A stretch of 54,562 nt of DNA, the filler included, from Jimgerdemannia flammicorona (lineage: Eukaryota), in NCBI GenBank assembly GCA_003990765.1. It is 2 parts of 2 records of this genome, joined end to end, with 100 filler letters (N's around TTAATTAATTAA, not from the genome) between each part and the next. Parts side by side here need not be neighbours in the genome. Positions count along the whole stretch, not along the records: positions 27,333 to 54,562 come from RBNJ01000651.1; 1 more part is not named here. One strand, given 5' to 3'. This document shows, piece after piece, positions 36,401-50,700 of the stretch; position 1 is the stretch's first letter; every line of letters begins with the position of its first letter. The notes under the pieces are model-generated. The model was given only the letters and a program-made list of their open reading frames with translations, was not told the DNA's origin and searched no databases. Both the position numbers and the translations under genes were made by a program.

Positions 36401-38804
36401 CTCGACGAAGCGCGGTATGTGGTTACCCTGCCATTTGTCATACGTGTAGACATCAAGATAATTGCGTTCAAGGACCACAAGGCCTGCAAAATGGAGTAAT
36501 GAGGCAAGCCATAAGTAAATATACATGACGTTTGCTGAAAAATTCTCGTAAAAATCGTTCCACAAACCTCGTCACCAGACGAGAGCACACCCACGGCTCC
36601 ATTGGCAGTCTGATATACGGAAGGTTGTTCATATTTACGCCTTCTGTTTTATCTGCCGACTTCATCAACCAAACTCTAAGTATATCTCACCTTTAGCATC
36701 GAATTCCTCCCCAGCAATTTCAATTTTCACGCCCGTCTCGAACCCCTTTGCATCCTTTGAACAAGACCCAAGGAACCGACGCACCACAAACTCGAAAACA
36801 TGCCGTTCATCATTCTGCAAGTCGTGCGCATACCCAGTGGGATGGATTGGAGGATGCGCCTTGTCATTGTTTTTCCCATTGCGGGGCAGGCTAAAAGCAC
36901 CATCGAGAAGGCTAAGTGTGAAGGAACCAAGTGGCATATGAATGTGAACATTGAACAGTTGTGGGACCTCTCTCTAGGGAGCACCCACACAGCCCTCGAC
37001 AAGAACATGGGAAACGTTGTCCTTCCACTGCTGTACCCAATACCAGAATCGTATTATCCATAGCCATACCCTTGTGCAAATTGACCCCAGTGTTGATCTC
37101 CGGTCTGTTTCTCAATCATATTTCTGAAATCAAAGCCCTTGTCGAACTGATCCGTCTCCGTGCGCGGATAGCTGATGAGACCTCTCGTATATAGTCGTTC
37201 GGCAACCTAGAGTCGCGATGCCATTCATCATTTCTCAGGTGTATCGATTTGTGGCCCAGGCGCAAAAGGTGTATGGGCATAATGCCAAATGAGAACAAAC
37301 GAGTGTGATAAATACAGCGACTCACCTCCATGATTTTGGAAGAGGACATTCGAAGGACGCGGACCCCAACCTTTTGCATTTCAACAGTTGTTAGCGGGTA
37401 CGGCTTCCTGCATATCCGGTATGTAAATATAAGTACTTGTTTCAGGGGTCAAATCTCTTTCATTCAAACCACCACATCCCTTCTATTTCACACCGTGATC
37501 CTATTTATGTGATTCATTGGCTTGTAATGGTTCTCAAACATCATACCCACCACTTACTGGTATCCTTACCCGAGACCTTGAAGACCCTTGCCATTGGCTG
37601 CTCCACACATTGCTCATACAGTACGAAGCAAAACAACCGATCGAATAGGCGTCCACGCGCCCAATTGAACTGGACGACATGGCCCGCTTCTGCGGGGTCC
37701 GGGTGCGCGTACGTGACATCAATCCGCCAAAACTCCTCAGAAACGAAGGATTGGATCTGTTGGAAACGGTCGACTACGAAGCCAAGAGTGGGGAATTGGC
37801 AGCTACCTGGTTGCGGGGACACGGAGGTCAAGAGTGGCCGGTCAATAATGGAAATTTAGGTAGAATATCATATTTCCAACAGCAAACAGGGTCATCTCGA
37901 CCATGCCAACTTACACACCATAACTGATCACCTTTTTGTCGAGCTCGTGAAACATGGTCTGAAACTTCAAAGTCTGAAAACGCGTAAAGGCAGCGCCAAT
38001 ACGCAGATCGAGTTCGCTGCGAGCCTCTACAGCTTGTGCTTGATTCATGTCAAGTTGGATGGGGTTCCTGGCCGCATGGTGAATTTCGCTGTTTGAGATT
38101 CAACAACAGGAGAAAGATGTGAAGATGAAAGGGATAAATCAAATTAACAAGGGTGTTCGTCATTTGTGTACGATACGCGGAAGAAAACGATTACTATCAC
38201 TCACGCGTGCGTGAAAGAAGAAAACCTCGCTCTGAGCACTGTAATCCTTGGATTCACTTTGCGGCAAACTTCAACAACTTCGGCCCCAATGCCCTCACCC
38301 TCGCGATCGCAATCAGTCCATATCATAATTTGTTGCACACCACGAATCTCGGCGCAGAGGTTTCTTTCGACTTTTACACAATTCTGTAATTGAGAACAGG
38401 GTGTGAAGTTGTGTGCGGGTGTGAATTATGCTGCTTCTATCAAGGGTTGGCCTATGCCTACCTTGTTGACGCTCTTGACGATTGGCGCATCAAATAATGC
38501 AATAGGTGCGCAGCTTCGCCATGATCTATATTCGGAGGCGAAATCAAGTTCGAGAAGGTGACCAAGGACACTGGTCATGGTCATTTGAACAATCTGGTTG
38601 TTGCTGAGCTTGTAATCGAAGTCCATATTGCGAATGTACTTCTCGTCGGTTGACCTCTGCAATGATTGAAGTATGTCAGTATAATCAGAGCTCTCGTCCC
38701 TAGTGGATGGTTGGAGAGCTTACCGAACGATACTGCTCTTGCGATAGAATCTTTGCTATTTCCTTGGCAGCGCTTGGTTTCTCGGCAACACAGAGGATTT
38801 TCAT
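33401..38804 (-). CDS. TOP3: DNA topoisomerase III alpha type, multi-exon, with C-terminal zinc ribbon, three GRF zinc fingers and a CCHC knuckle
   Basis: [74 protein letters not shown] motifs C.CG...N.GR.FF.C...C.FF.W; last exon [14 protein letters not shown]...SEF stop at 33401-33403. Confidence 0.96.
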
Positions 38805-38912
38805 TTTTGGTGCAGTAACAGCACTCCAAGTGCAGGACGTGTTTACGCGTCATGAAGTCATGAACATTTATATAACCTAATTTGTGGCGCAGACAATTCC
38901 CTCAACCAAACT
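38805..38912. promoter_or_regulatory. 108-bp divergent intergenic region shared by TOP3 and THG1, containing ACGCGT (38845-38850)
   Basis: Head-to-head ATGs at 38804 (-) and 38913 (+). Confidence 0.7.
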
Positions 38913-39769
38913 ATGGCCAAATCCAAGTACGAATACGTCAAGCAATTCGAGCTCGACGACTCTCTTCTCCCAAACACCTGGCTCGTCGTCCGCATTGACG
39001 GCCGCGGCTTCCACAAGTAGCCATCTTCTTAAGCCCTCTCCTCACCCCTTCTCTACGCCTGCTTCACCCTTTAACCTTCGTCTCCCCCCAAACCAGGTTC
39101 GCCACCGCCCACGGCTTCACAAAGCCCAACGATCGCCCCGGGCTAGACCTCATGAACGCCTGTGCCGTTGCCGTGATGAAGGACATTCAGGACGTGGTCC
39201 TCGCCTACGGCGAAAGCGACGAGTACAGCTTCGTCCTCCATCGCTCCTCCAATCTCTACACGCGTCGCGCCTCCAAGATCGCCTCCACCGTCGTCAGCCT
39301 CTTCGCCGCCAGCTACGTCTTCCTCTGGTCGCGCCACTTCCCCGAAAAAACGCTCCAATACCCGCCATGCTTCGACGCTCGAGTTGTATGTTACCCCTCT
39401 GACAGCAACTTGCGCGATTACCTCTGCTGGCGCCAGGCAGACTGTCATATCAATAATTTATACAACACGTGCTTCTGGGAGATTGTGCATTCCGGGAGGT
39501 CGGAGAAAGAGGCGGAGGATGAGCTGAGAGGGACGGTGGCGTCGGAGAAGAACGAGATGCTTTTTTCAAGATTCGGAATTAATTATAACGCGGTGCCTGA
39601 AATGTTTAGAAAGGGGTCAGTGGTCGTAAGGGAGGAGGCTGAGGTGACGTCTTTATCGGCCAAGACTGGGCTGGAGGTTGTGAGGAGGAAAAGGATACCA
39701 ACTGTTTTACATGTGGATATTATTGGAGAGGAGTTTTGGAAAAGTAGACCCGAGTTGTTGGGTTCGTGA
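38913..39769 (+). CDS. THG1: tRNA(His) guanylyltransferase, 2 exons (intron 39017-39096)
   Basis: [13 protein letters not shown]...[12 protein letters not shown]...KPND...YGESDEYSF...FDAR...[14 protein letters not shown]. Confidence 0.97.
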
Positions 39770-40562
39770 CAAATAAAGGAAAGGAAGGGTTTGCTATAAT
39801 CTTATACTGAAATTTTATACAACTAACAAATAAGCTCTTTAGACCCTAGTGGCATGCAGTTGTACGATTTCATGTATTTTTGGAAGAGGTGGTTATTATG
39901 GTAAATTAAACTGATTTAATTTTAATTAGAGAAACACTGATCATATTATTAATTTAATTCTAGTAAATTAAGAGATTTCTACATATTTTATCATCAATCT
40001 CAATATTATGCTAATGTCAAGCATATATATATAATCTAATTACATCCAATTTTTCGTCTTCCACGATGTAATCGATGAGAATTCCGTATAGAATAGAGAT
40101 ATTGGATCCTTCAAGATAATTGAGGTTTTGATTGATATTTTCGTGAAGTTGTGGGATCCCTATTCCAAAAGTTGCAGGTTGTCAATTTTGCGGTATATAA
40201 TTATATATTTCTGTTTGAAGAATGGCCAAAGTTTGGTATTTCTATTTCTATGTCTCCGAAATAACGCTTCAGGCTGTCGAAGAGAACATCTGCGTATATT
40301 TTTTTTTAATAATTAATAATATCAAACTTAAAAGTATCCACTTTCGGTTTAAACTACCTACCATGAACATTCACTCCATTCATTTACAGCCGTAGCAGTT
40401 AGAATGAGGATGACAATCAGAATGCAGCGGACTTTGATGTTCATGATGATAAGGGATAAAGAACCCAATTATGTCTGGCCCTCTCATAAAGGGCGGTGAA
40501 ATATATATAATATAATATACACATAAAAAAAAAAAATCAAAAAAAAAAAAAAAATAAAAAAA

Positions 40563-40597
<35 letters not shown>

Positions 40598-40645
40598 ACT
40601 AAAGTTTTTATAACTAGCTAAAGTAAGATACTTAATACTAAGTAA

Positions 40646-41717
40646 TAGTGCTTTAAATGAGTCAATTTGAATCAAATCTGGATTCAATTTATTATATAAT
40701 GGTTTGATCTGAATCTCAAATCTAAAGCAATCTGAATCAACTTGGATTAATCTGAATTATTTCATCTGAATTACCTCATCCAAATCACCCATCCAAATCA
40801 CTCTATCTGAATTACCTCATCTGAATCACTCAATCCAAACTACTCAATCTGAATTACTCAATCTAAATCACTTAATCTGAATTATTCAATCTGAATCACT
40901 CAATCTGAATCATCTAATTTGAATCCTCTAATTTGAATTCTTCAATCCAAATCCTCATCTGAATTCTTCAACTGAATCCTCCAATCCAAATTCTCCAATC
41001 GAAATCCTCTAATCTAAATTCTCTATATAACTCATATATCAGATATATCTATATATATAATATATATATATGCAAATATATATATATATAAAACACATAT
41101 ATAAATATATAAATACATATGTTGACAGATCAGTCTTCAATAGTTTACAGTATCAATAATACTTCAAGTCAAATATCTCTGATAGTTCCACACCTTCTAT
41201 GCAATTCTTACCTAAAATCTAGTAATATTATACTAAAATGGGAGATGATATTATTTGTAACTATTGTAAATAAAAAATTAAAAAAAATATATATATATAT
41301 CTATGATATGACTAATACTTTGTTTGACATATACATGATACCCTGCATAAACTGTACAGCCAGAAGTTCAAAATGCTTGATAGTTTAACTTCAACTATAT
41401 ATATATATTAATATATAAAAGATAAGTACTCTGACAAAATCAAAAAGAATATAAAGACAAATAAAATTGATATCTAAGCTATAGTGGATACATTTATCTG
41501 ATTGTCTGATCATTTCTATATCAATAATCCTATTTAATCAAAAATATTTAGCCATACTCTTTGACAGAATTTCGAAATTGACTCATTTACTTAATTATAT
41601 ATACAGACTAGCTATTCACAACTATCAAGAGTGATCAATTGCATAGTATCTTTGGCCTCCTTAAGTATGATTTATATTTGTCAAGTACCAACACTATTCA
41701 TAAAGATATCTTAGAGA
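40646..41717 (+). mobile_element. Decayed hAT-like DNA transposon 5' part (terminus, subterminal repeats, BED finger, transposase N-terminus), interrupted by element A
   Basis: Starts TAGTGCT like the terminus at 54304; atc(t/c)gaatcact tandem array 40670-41030; I(W)(Q)YYTK...CNYCK near 41220; D(Q)(P)FTTI...L(P)S.NTI..DI near 41600-41715. Confidence 0.65.
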
Positions 41718-44700
41718 TGTAAGCATACAATCTCTAAGTCACTGAAATCACATATTACCCTCAGAGCAAATTCAGAAATTATATGCAAGATTATAAAGCT
41801 GAGTCAAACCAAAGTTACAGAGTACTAAGCTGAGTCAACTCAAAGTCATGAAATATAAGATTTATACAAACAGAACCTTATCAATTAGGACCAAATACAT
41901 ATATACTAAGTACCCAGATATATTGAAATGAAGAATCACAACAAACAAAACAAATAACTATAACTTTTAAATATATATATAATTATGACCACTGAGATCT
42001 ACAACTACATCTATACTGACATTTGGAATGCTATTGTCAACTGAGCCACACCTCCTCTGCTACTCATAAATATCTATAGTCTAGTACCTCTCTATTTTAT
42101 AGAAGTCCAATGGAATACTCTGAATATACTCAGTGAAGCTCACCAAATCAGACAAATCTCAAGCTACTACCAGATTGGTCACCTTCTAGAAGATATGGTC
42201 AAACACCACTATCATATAAATATTACCCAGATGTTCCAACACTAGAAACTTATTACTTGTAAATACTGAGAACTCTTCTACAAGTATAGCATCTTTATTC
42301 TCCACCTCTGAGTTATTACTACTAAAATGGTTACTATCCTGTCTTATAGCCAAATCAATAATATAGTATAAGAACTTAACCATAAGTATATCAAGTATAT
42401 TTAAACTACAGACAGAACCTTTCTATACTCTGATGACTACATTCTACAAATGCTCCAAGTTAGATATACCATAAAGGATATTTACAATATAATCTAGTTT
42501 AATAATAATAAAGTAGAAGATAATGATCTCTCTGACACTGATATGACCTCTAGCCAAGAATCTCTACTAGCTCTAATTACTCTGTCAACCTTACTGATAA
42601 ACTTACAATAGTTCATAACTATCTACAAGACTTATTGAAATAATGACCACTGGTATGAGTACCAATCTACATTTATATCTGACTACTTCAACTATAATAA
42701 AGAGATCAGAGAACACAACCTATATCTCTAGACAACTCATGAGATTTAATCAATAACTCTACCTCCCAAGTATGAATAAAATAAGCCATAGCCACCAGCT
42801 TACTACAACCCAGCAATACATAGTGCTATAATCTATAGAAGATATGCAGATAGTGAATTCAATAAAAGTGAAGATGATGTATCTCTTCTTTACCCACTAA
42901 CTTCATATCCAGCATATGAGATAGATGATACTATCCTGTAAGACAGTAATGAGGTCTCAATGTATTATTATCTGAGCAAATAAGAAGAAGTAATTTGAGA
43001 ACTACTCTTCCTAGATGACTACTTTATCAGAGATGTTATTGATAGTAATATCATTAAAGACTATCTAGACAGTATCTAAACCCATAGATAGCTTAGCAGT
43101 CACTAGTATAGTTAGATTAGTCTTATATAATATGACTATATACTAACTCAGCAGTCAGATAATCTCTTGATATATCAGTTCACACTTGTACTATATGACT
43201 ATATTTCAACTCAGCAAGGTACTAAGTACTATATCTATATTTAGCATAATCTAGATAGCTCTCTATTAGTATAAATACTCTCTCTTCCAGACCTCAGAAT
43301 TTCAGACTTAAACAATTCAAACACATAACAACTTCTGAACACTTTTCCACAATATCTCTTTACACAACTACTTCTAGTATAGCAATATCATAAATAGTAA
43401 ATAAATCTATTTAATAACCTATAAACCACTTTTAAGTAAATCTGTACTCTATTAGGTCCCACTTCTAACCATATTATGAAATTTCCTAATTGGGTATTAT
43501 CTGTAGTGATATGCTGATTCAACTAAGCTGGTCTTAGTTTCTTGAACTTTCTGAAATATAGAAAATCCTGAACATCTAGAACTAGTCTGAAAAAGAACTT
43601 TTTAGTTGAGATATCGATCTGATCTTAAAATCAATAAGTATAGAGGATATACTCCATATGAAATTGATATTGACCTAAAGAAAACAGTCTTTCAGAATAT
43701 CCAGAACTTCTAGAAAACTCTTTCAGAACTATGTAATAGTACTTTTATAAGTAACTCTCTTATAACTTGATAGTAGCAGTTTACAATCCAATTCTACTTT
43801 AAGATGCTTTCTTATTCTACTATAAACCTCTATAAAAATTTCTACAAGTTGGTATAAAGCCCAAACTCTGAACTAGAATTTATCCTGAACTATCTGATAA
43901 TCTAGAGAGAATTGAATCTGATGTACAAGGACAATTTGACCTCCACACTTACAACAAGTGGGATAGACTTTATTTACAAAAAGAAGTACTCTAATTAAAT
44001 CAGAAAATAGGCAAAATCCTATATACTGAACTCCTTACTCTACACTCCATAAGTCAAGATGAAGAAGGTCTTATAGAAGCCTTCTTTACTCTTCTTAATA
44101 AGAGTTTTGTTAGCTCTACAAACCCAAGTAATTTAGAACAATCAGTAGCTATCTTTCTAGCCTTAGTTCCTCATGAAGCCCAAGCCTCTATAGCCAAGTG
44201 GCTCAACTCTACTGACTTTCACGATACAAGGATCAAGACTGTCTTATACTACTATTTCCAGAATTGCAAGGCCCACCATATTCTTAAATAAGAAGTAAGA
44301 GAAACTCTTTATTAATAATCTGACTCTGAACCAGAAGTAGGTCCAGCTATAGCTCTACCTGAAACCAAAACCAATACTGAACCAGATCAAACTCTTGAAA
44401 TCAGCCTATCTGAAATCTAATATATAACTGACACTATCTACTTTGATGCTGAGCAAATCCAATTATACAGAGACCAAAGCTAAGAAGAGGAGGAGTATCT
44501 TAGTAAATTCAATCTCAGATATACTACTGAAGAAGATACACCTCTATCAGGACAAAATACACCTATACAGCAATAGATAGCTATCTATCAAGCCCTTACT
44601 CCAGACCCATAATAATTATTCCAGTAACTTATATAGACTCAAAGAACACCATCACACTCTGCACTAGTATCTCAAGTTGTACTAGTAATACTATTATCAG

Positions 44701-47700
44701 TAGTCTAACTATCTCTAGTGAACAATATGGTGAACCAATAGATTCTAGACCTTATAGTCTAGATAGCCATAATGGCAGTAACCATTACTGCCTTAGCTGA
44801 ATAAGTCCAACCAACAAAAAGTCTGAGCCTATCTATCTTTAACAGTACTATATAAGAAGTCCAAAGCTTCATTAGTATAGTTGATACTAACTTTAAAGCC
44901 AACCAATAGACTAATGAGTAAGTTGTTGACTACCTTTTGACAAACAATCAAGACCATACTCTAGAACAACTCTTTGCTACTACTATAGCCTATATCTATT
45001 GAGTTGTTATATTCTTCCAAGGATCTGCTGAAGAATAGTAGTAAATCCTTCCTGAAAAACCCCTCACATAGGACATCTGATCTATAGTTATTGCCCAAAA
45101 TACAGTAAATAATATCCCAGAATATAGAGACCATTCTGTAGCCCTTGGACTCAAATAACTCATGATTGCTCAATACTATAGTGAAACTCTGATTGCCGAA
45201 TCTTGAGTAAAACTCCACAATCTCAAATTTGATATATATATATAGTAAGGAGGAATTCAAAACCTTCTATACAAAACTTGAGTCATTCCTGAATACCATT
45301 GGCCTAGGATATATTGCCAATGATGAAACATGAAATAGTATAAGAGCTGACTATTTATTCAATGCACTATCTGAATAACTTATAAGAAAAATCTAAGAAC
45401 AAGAATGCCCAGTTAGTTGTAATCACTAACAATAGTATCTAGCAATAATCAAGACTATGGTCAAGCAAATCCTAACAGCTGGACCAATTCTGTCTTGAAG
45501 ATAATTCAACAATAAGGAAAAGACTTAGACTAAGAAAAAAGAACCCAAGTATAAAGTATCCCAAGCTCCCTCCACATCCACCTCATAGATATCCCAAAAT
45601 CCTAAATCTATCCAGTCAAGAAACTCACTGAAAGAGAAAGAAATGAACTCTGAAGAAGTAGAGTATGCTTCTATTGCTAAAAGATAGAATACATGGCCAG
45701 CACTTGCCCTAACTGAAAACCCCAAACAGCAATATGAGCAACTATTACTACTCTGTACTACCTCAATAATCTGAATACCAAAACACTGGACTTTGTCAAG
45801 TTAAGGCCAACTGCCAAGGCCCCAACCAAAGGAAGTTAAAAAGTGGCTAAATATGATCTATATATAGCTGAAGAAGCTATAGTTTTTAACCAAGAAGTCA
45901 AGTAAGTCTACACAGGAATCAGCATTCAAATCTCTGAAGAACATGTTGGAAGAATATACTACTACAGCAGCCTAGTACTGAAAGGACTCTCAGTAGAAAG
46001 AGGAGGATTATATAGGTGAAATCATTGTTCTCATCTGAAACTATAGTTGGATACTCTTCAAGATCTCCATCAGTATAAGAGGGTTGCTTTTTAGGATAAC
46101 TGTTATGTAGTTCTGGAAGGGTTTTCTGGAAGTTCTGGATGTTCTAGAAGACTGTTTTCTTATGGTCAAGATCAATTTCATATGGAGTATGTCCTCTACA
46201 CTTATTGATTTCAAGTTCAGGTTGATGTCTCAACCAAAGTCCTTTTTCGGACTGATTCTGGATGTTCAGGATTTTCCATATTTCAGAAAGTTCAAGAAAC
46301 TAAGACCAGCTTAGTTGAATTGGCATATCGCTGCAGACAATACCCAATTAGGAAATTTCATGATGGGGTTAGGAGTGGGACCTAACGGGGGACAGGTTTA
46401 CTTAAGAGTGGTTTATGGATTATTAAATAGGTTTATTTGCTATTTATGATATTACTATACTAGAAGTAGTTGGGTAAAGAGATATTATGAAGAAGTGCTC
46501 AGAAGTTGTGTTCAGATTGTTCAAGTCTTTCAAGTCTGAGATTCTGAGGTCTGGGGGAGGGGGTATTTATACTAGTGAGAGGCTATCTGGACTATGCTGA
46601 ATATGGATGTAGCACTAAGTGCCTTGCTGAGTCAGAATGCAGTCACATAGCATAAGTGTGATCTGATATGTCAAGAGATCATCTGACTGCTGAGTCAGTT
46701 CACAGTCACATAGTACAAGGCTAATCTAACTATACTATGACTGCTAAGCTATTTATAGGTTTAGACACTGTCTGGGTAGTCTTCGATGATATCACTATTG
46801 ATGACATCATCACTGGTAAAGTCTGAGCAGTTTTCTGACTTCTGATATCATTAGTTTCAAGGTATTATCACTTCTATCTCTTGCAAGATTAAGGCTATCC
46901 TTGGTGGTGGTGGTTGTACAAGGATAACAGGTCTTGGTTCTCTTTTTTTTTAGCCTACTGGTGCATTTGCGAGGACTGGCCATTCTTGTCTAGGGCGAGG
47001 GCTCCCAATATCGCGACTGGGGGTTTGAACCTCTCGGAAATGATATTTTCTATAATCTGAAGCAATTTCTAGTAGTAATATCTGTCACATGGATGGCTTG
47101 AGATTGGTTTCAACGATGTTGGCTTTCTTGAGTTTAGATGAAGCATCCGTCACTCTCCAACGGAGATGACATAGATAGAGTGAATAGAGTTGTTCAAATG
47201 TGTTTTGCTTCTGCTAAGTAATGAGGTCTTGTATAGTCACAGTGTATCTTGGTCTTGAGTTGATAAGTGCAGTTCATGAACCTTTTGGTAGATGAGATAG
47301 AGTTCTTGTCTCAATTTGAGTTTGGTACTTTCAGTTTCCTTTTGTAATAGTACAGTATACCAAACTAGTTATAGTGGTTCAGAGTCAGTCTTATGGTTAT
47401 AGTACTTCTTCTAGTATTCTTATATCTTGGCAGTGGGTTCTCATACTTGCTGGTGTATTTTGTATAACCAGATGATCTCTTGTTTTGTAGTCTCGCATGT
47501 GGTTTCCAAATTAGTTCTGAGGATACCATGTGATTTTGGTGGCTTAGAGGTTGTGTGCTTACAACTCTCCCCTTTTTAGCTTTCGATGTCCTCATTGGGA
47601 CCTTCTAATTTGTTCTGGTGTTATTGTACCATTTGGATGGTTCTTGTGGCTGTGTTTGTTGAGGATTTGTTCAACTTTATATTCTTCTTAGTCATTAATA

Positions 47701-50700
47701 ATGACAGATACAGGTGGTTCTGTAGTTTGGTTCAGAAATGTGTCTTGGGCTTTCTGGAGTAGTGGTCTGACATGGCTGTCAACTTTGGAAAAGTCTTCTT
47801 CAGAGTTTTCGGGTTCTTCTTTGGATGTGTGGATGGAGATGGTAAAGAGAGGATATTTCTTGGCCAATTTCTTGAGTTGTAGCTTATTGATGTGAGTGAT
47901 CTTTGGTCCAGAGTCACTAGAACTGAGTGGGTCATTTTTGTCTTGCAGTTTGAAGTTGTGGCATCCTTTCTTGATAGTCAGAGAATGATTTACCCAATCG
48001 ATCATAAGGTTCTCTTATTTCAACCATGGAGTTCTAAGGATGATTTCATTGTCAGGGAGTAGTATGATCTGGAGGGTAATATGTACTTGATAGTCACCAA
48101 TTTAGAAGGGTAGATTGCAGACTTCTTTGCTAATGACATGTGAGGTTCCATCAGCTATGGTAACTGCTTGAGTTTGTTGTACCGGAGAGGTAAAAACCTT
48201 GAGTCTGTTGGCTGTTTCCTCATTGATAAAGTTGCCTGAGGCACTACTGTCTATCATAATCTTGACAGGTGCTTGGTTGACAAAAGCTTTAAGTGTAAGC
48301 AGTTTGTCTGATCCAATGGTAGTGATTTCAGTTGTAGGGGCTTTCCTTCTGTTGGTTCTTCTTTGTGCCAGTTCATTGACACAAGAGAAGCAATCATCAA
48401 TCATTTGGGAAGAGTACATTCCAATGCCATAAGGGCATTGGCCACTTGGTACATATCTGTCTTTGATCTTCTTGTAGAATTGTTCTTCTTTGCTCATAGT
48501 AGGTTGGGCTGGGGCCTTATTTGATGAGCCAAATCCTTTAGATCCTTGGATGGTAGGTAGTAGTTTGGGGACTTCTTTGACTGTCAGGGTTGATTCGATT
48601 TTTTTGAATAGAATCTGGACAATGCAGAAACCAATAGAGATCTTGAAGGGTGTCTAACTATGGTTTCAGATAAGAACAATAATTTTGCCTGTGTAATCTT
48701 CATCAATGACTCCTCCTTCTACTGAGAGTCCTTTCAATGCTAGGCTGCTGTAACAGCATATTCTTTCAACATGTCCTTCAGGAATTTGGATACTGATTCC
48801 TATGTAGACTTGCTTGACTTCTCAGTTGGAAACTGTAGCTTCTTCAGCTGCATATAGGTCATATCCTGCTGCTTTTTGACTTCCTTTAGTTGGGGCCTTG
48901 GCAGTTTGCCTTAACTTGACAAAGTCTAGTATTCTGGTGGTTAGGTTGTTGAGATGGTGCAGAGTGGTAACAGTTGCTTGTGTTGCTGTTTGGGGTTTTT
49001 GGTTGGGGCAGGCACTGGCCATGTATTCTGTCTTTTGGCAATAGAAGTATGCTCCACTTCTTCGAAGTTCATTTCTTTCACCTTCAGTGAGTTTCTTGAA
49101 GGTACTTGGCTGGGTGGGTTCATGATTTCTGGGTGTCCATGAGGTGGATGTGGAGGGAGCTTGGGATGCTTCATGCTTGGGTTCTTCTTTCTTAGTCCAA
49201 GTCTTTTCCTTATTGTTAAATTGCCTTTAGGGCAGAATTGGTCCAGCTGTTAGGATTCACTTGACCATAGTCTTGATTCTTGCCAGGTACCATTGTTGGT
49301 GATCACAACCAACTGGGTGGCCTTGTTCTCGGATTTTTCTAGTAAGCCATTCAGGCAGTACATTGAATAAATGGTCTGCTCTTGTACCATTTCGTGCTTC
49401 ATCATTGGCAATGTATTCTAGACCAACAGTGTTCAGGAGTGACTCAAGTTTTGTACAGAAGGTTTCGAATTCTTCTTTGCCATATACATCAAATTTGAGG
49501 TTGCAGAGTTTTACTTGAGATTCAGCAATCATGGTTTTGCTGCAGTATTGAGCAATCATGAGTTGTTTGAGTCCAGGGGCTGCAGGATGGGCTCTGTATC
49601 CTGGGGCATTGTTTTCTGCATTCTGAGCAACTACTGTAGGTCAGGTATCCCATGTGAGGGGTTTTTCAGGAAGGGTTCACCACCATTCTTCAGCAGGTCC
49701 TTGGAAGAATATAACAACTCAGCAGACATAGGCTGTAGTGATAGCAAAGAGTTGTTCCAGAGTGTGGTCTTGATTGTTTGTCAGAACATGGTCAGCAACT
49801 CGCTCATTAGTCCATTGATTGGCTTTGAAGTTGGTGTCAACTATACTAATAAAGCTTTGGACTTCTTGTGCAGTATCATTGAAGGTAGGTAGGCTCAAAT
49901 TTTTGGTAGGTCAGGTCTGTTCAGCTAAGGCAGTAATGGTTGCTGCCATTATGGCTACCTGGGCTATGAGGTCTAGAATCTGTTGGTTCACCATGTTGTT
50001 TACTGGAGGTAGTTGGACTGCTGGTAGTGGTGTTACTGATACTACTTGAGATACTGGTACAGAGTGTGATGGGGTTCTTTGGGTCTGTGTAAGTTGCTGG
50101 AGTAGTAGTTGTGGGTCTGGAGTAAGGGCTTGATAGATAATTATTTGTTGCTGTGTAGGTGTATTCTGTCCTGATGGAGGTACTTCTCCTTCGGTGGTAT
50201 ATCCGAGATCGAATTCACTGAGATACTCTTCCTCTTCTTCAGTTTGATCCCCATGCAATTGGGTTTGCTTGGTATCAAAGTAGATGGAATCAGTTATATA
50301 TCTGATTTTAGATGGACTTAATTCAAAGTCAAGTTCTGGTTTGGTATTGGTTTCAGATTCAGATAGGGCTGTAGCAGGGCCTGCTTCAGGTTCGGGGTCA
50401 GGTAGTTGATGAAGAGTTTCTCTTGCTTCTTCTTTAAGGATATGGTGGGCCTTGCTGTTCTGGAATCGGTAGTATAGTGCGGTCTTGGTTCTGGTATGGT
50501 GAAAGTCAGTAGAGTTGAGCCACTTGGCTACAGAGGCTTGGGCTTCATGAGGGACTAAGGCTAGAAAGACTGCTGCTGGTTGTCCTAGGTCACTCAGATT
50601 TGTGGAGCTGACAAAACTCTTGTTGAGAAGAGTAAAGAAGGCTTCAATAAGACCTTCTTCATCTTGACTTACTGGGTATAGAGCAAGGAGTTCAGTGAAT

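Noticed and set aside
40515..40600. A-rich run (also 1-26) as telomere or structural signal
   Set aside because: Simple homopolymer or retroposon tail; no telomeric unit
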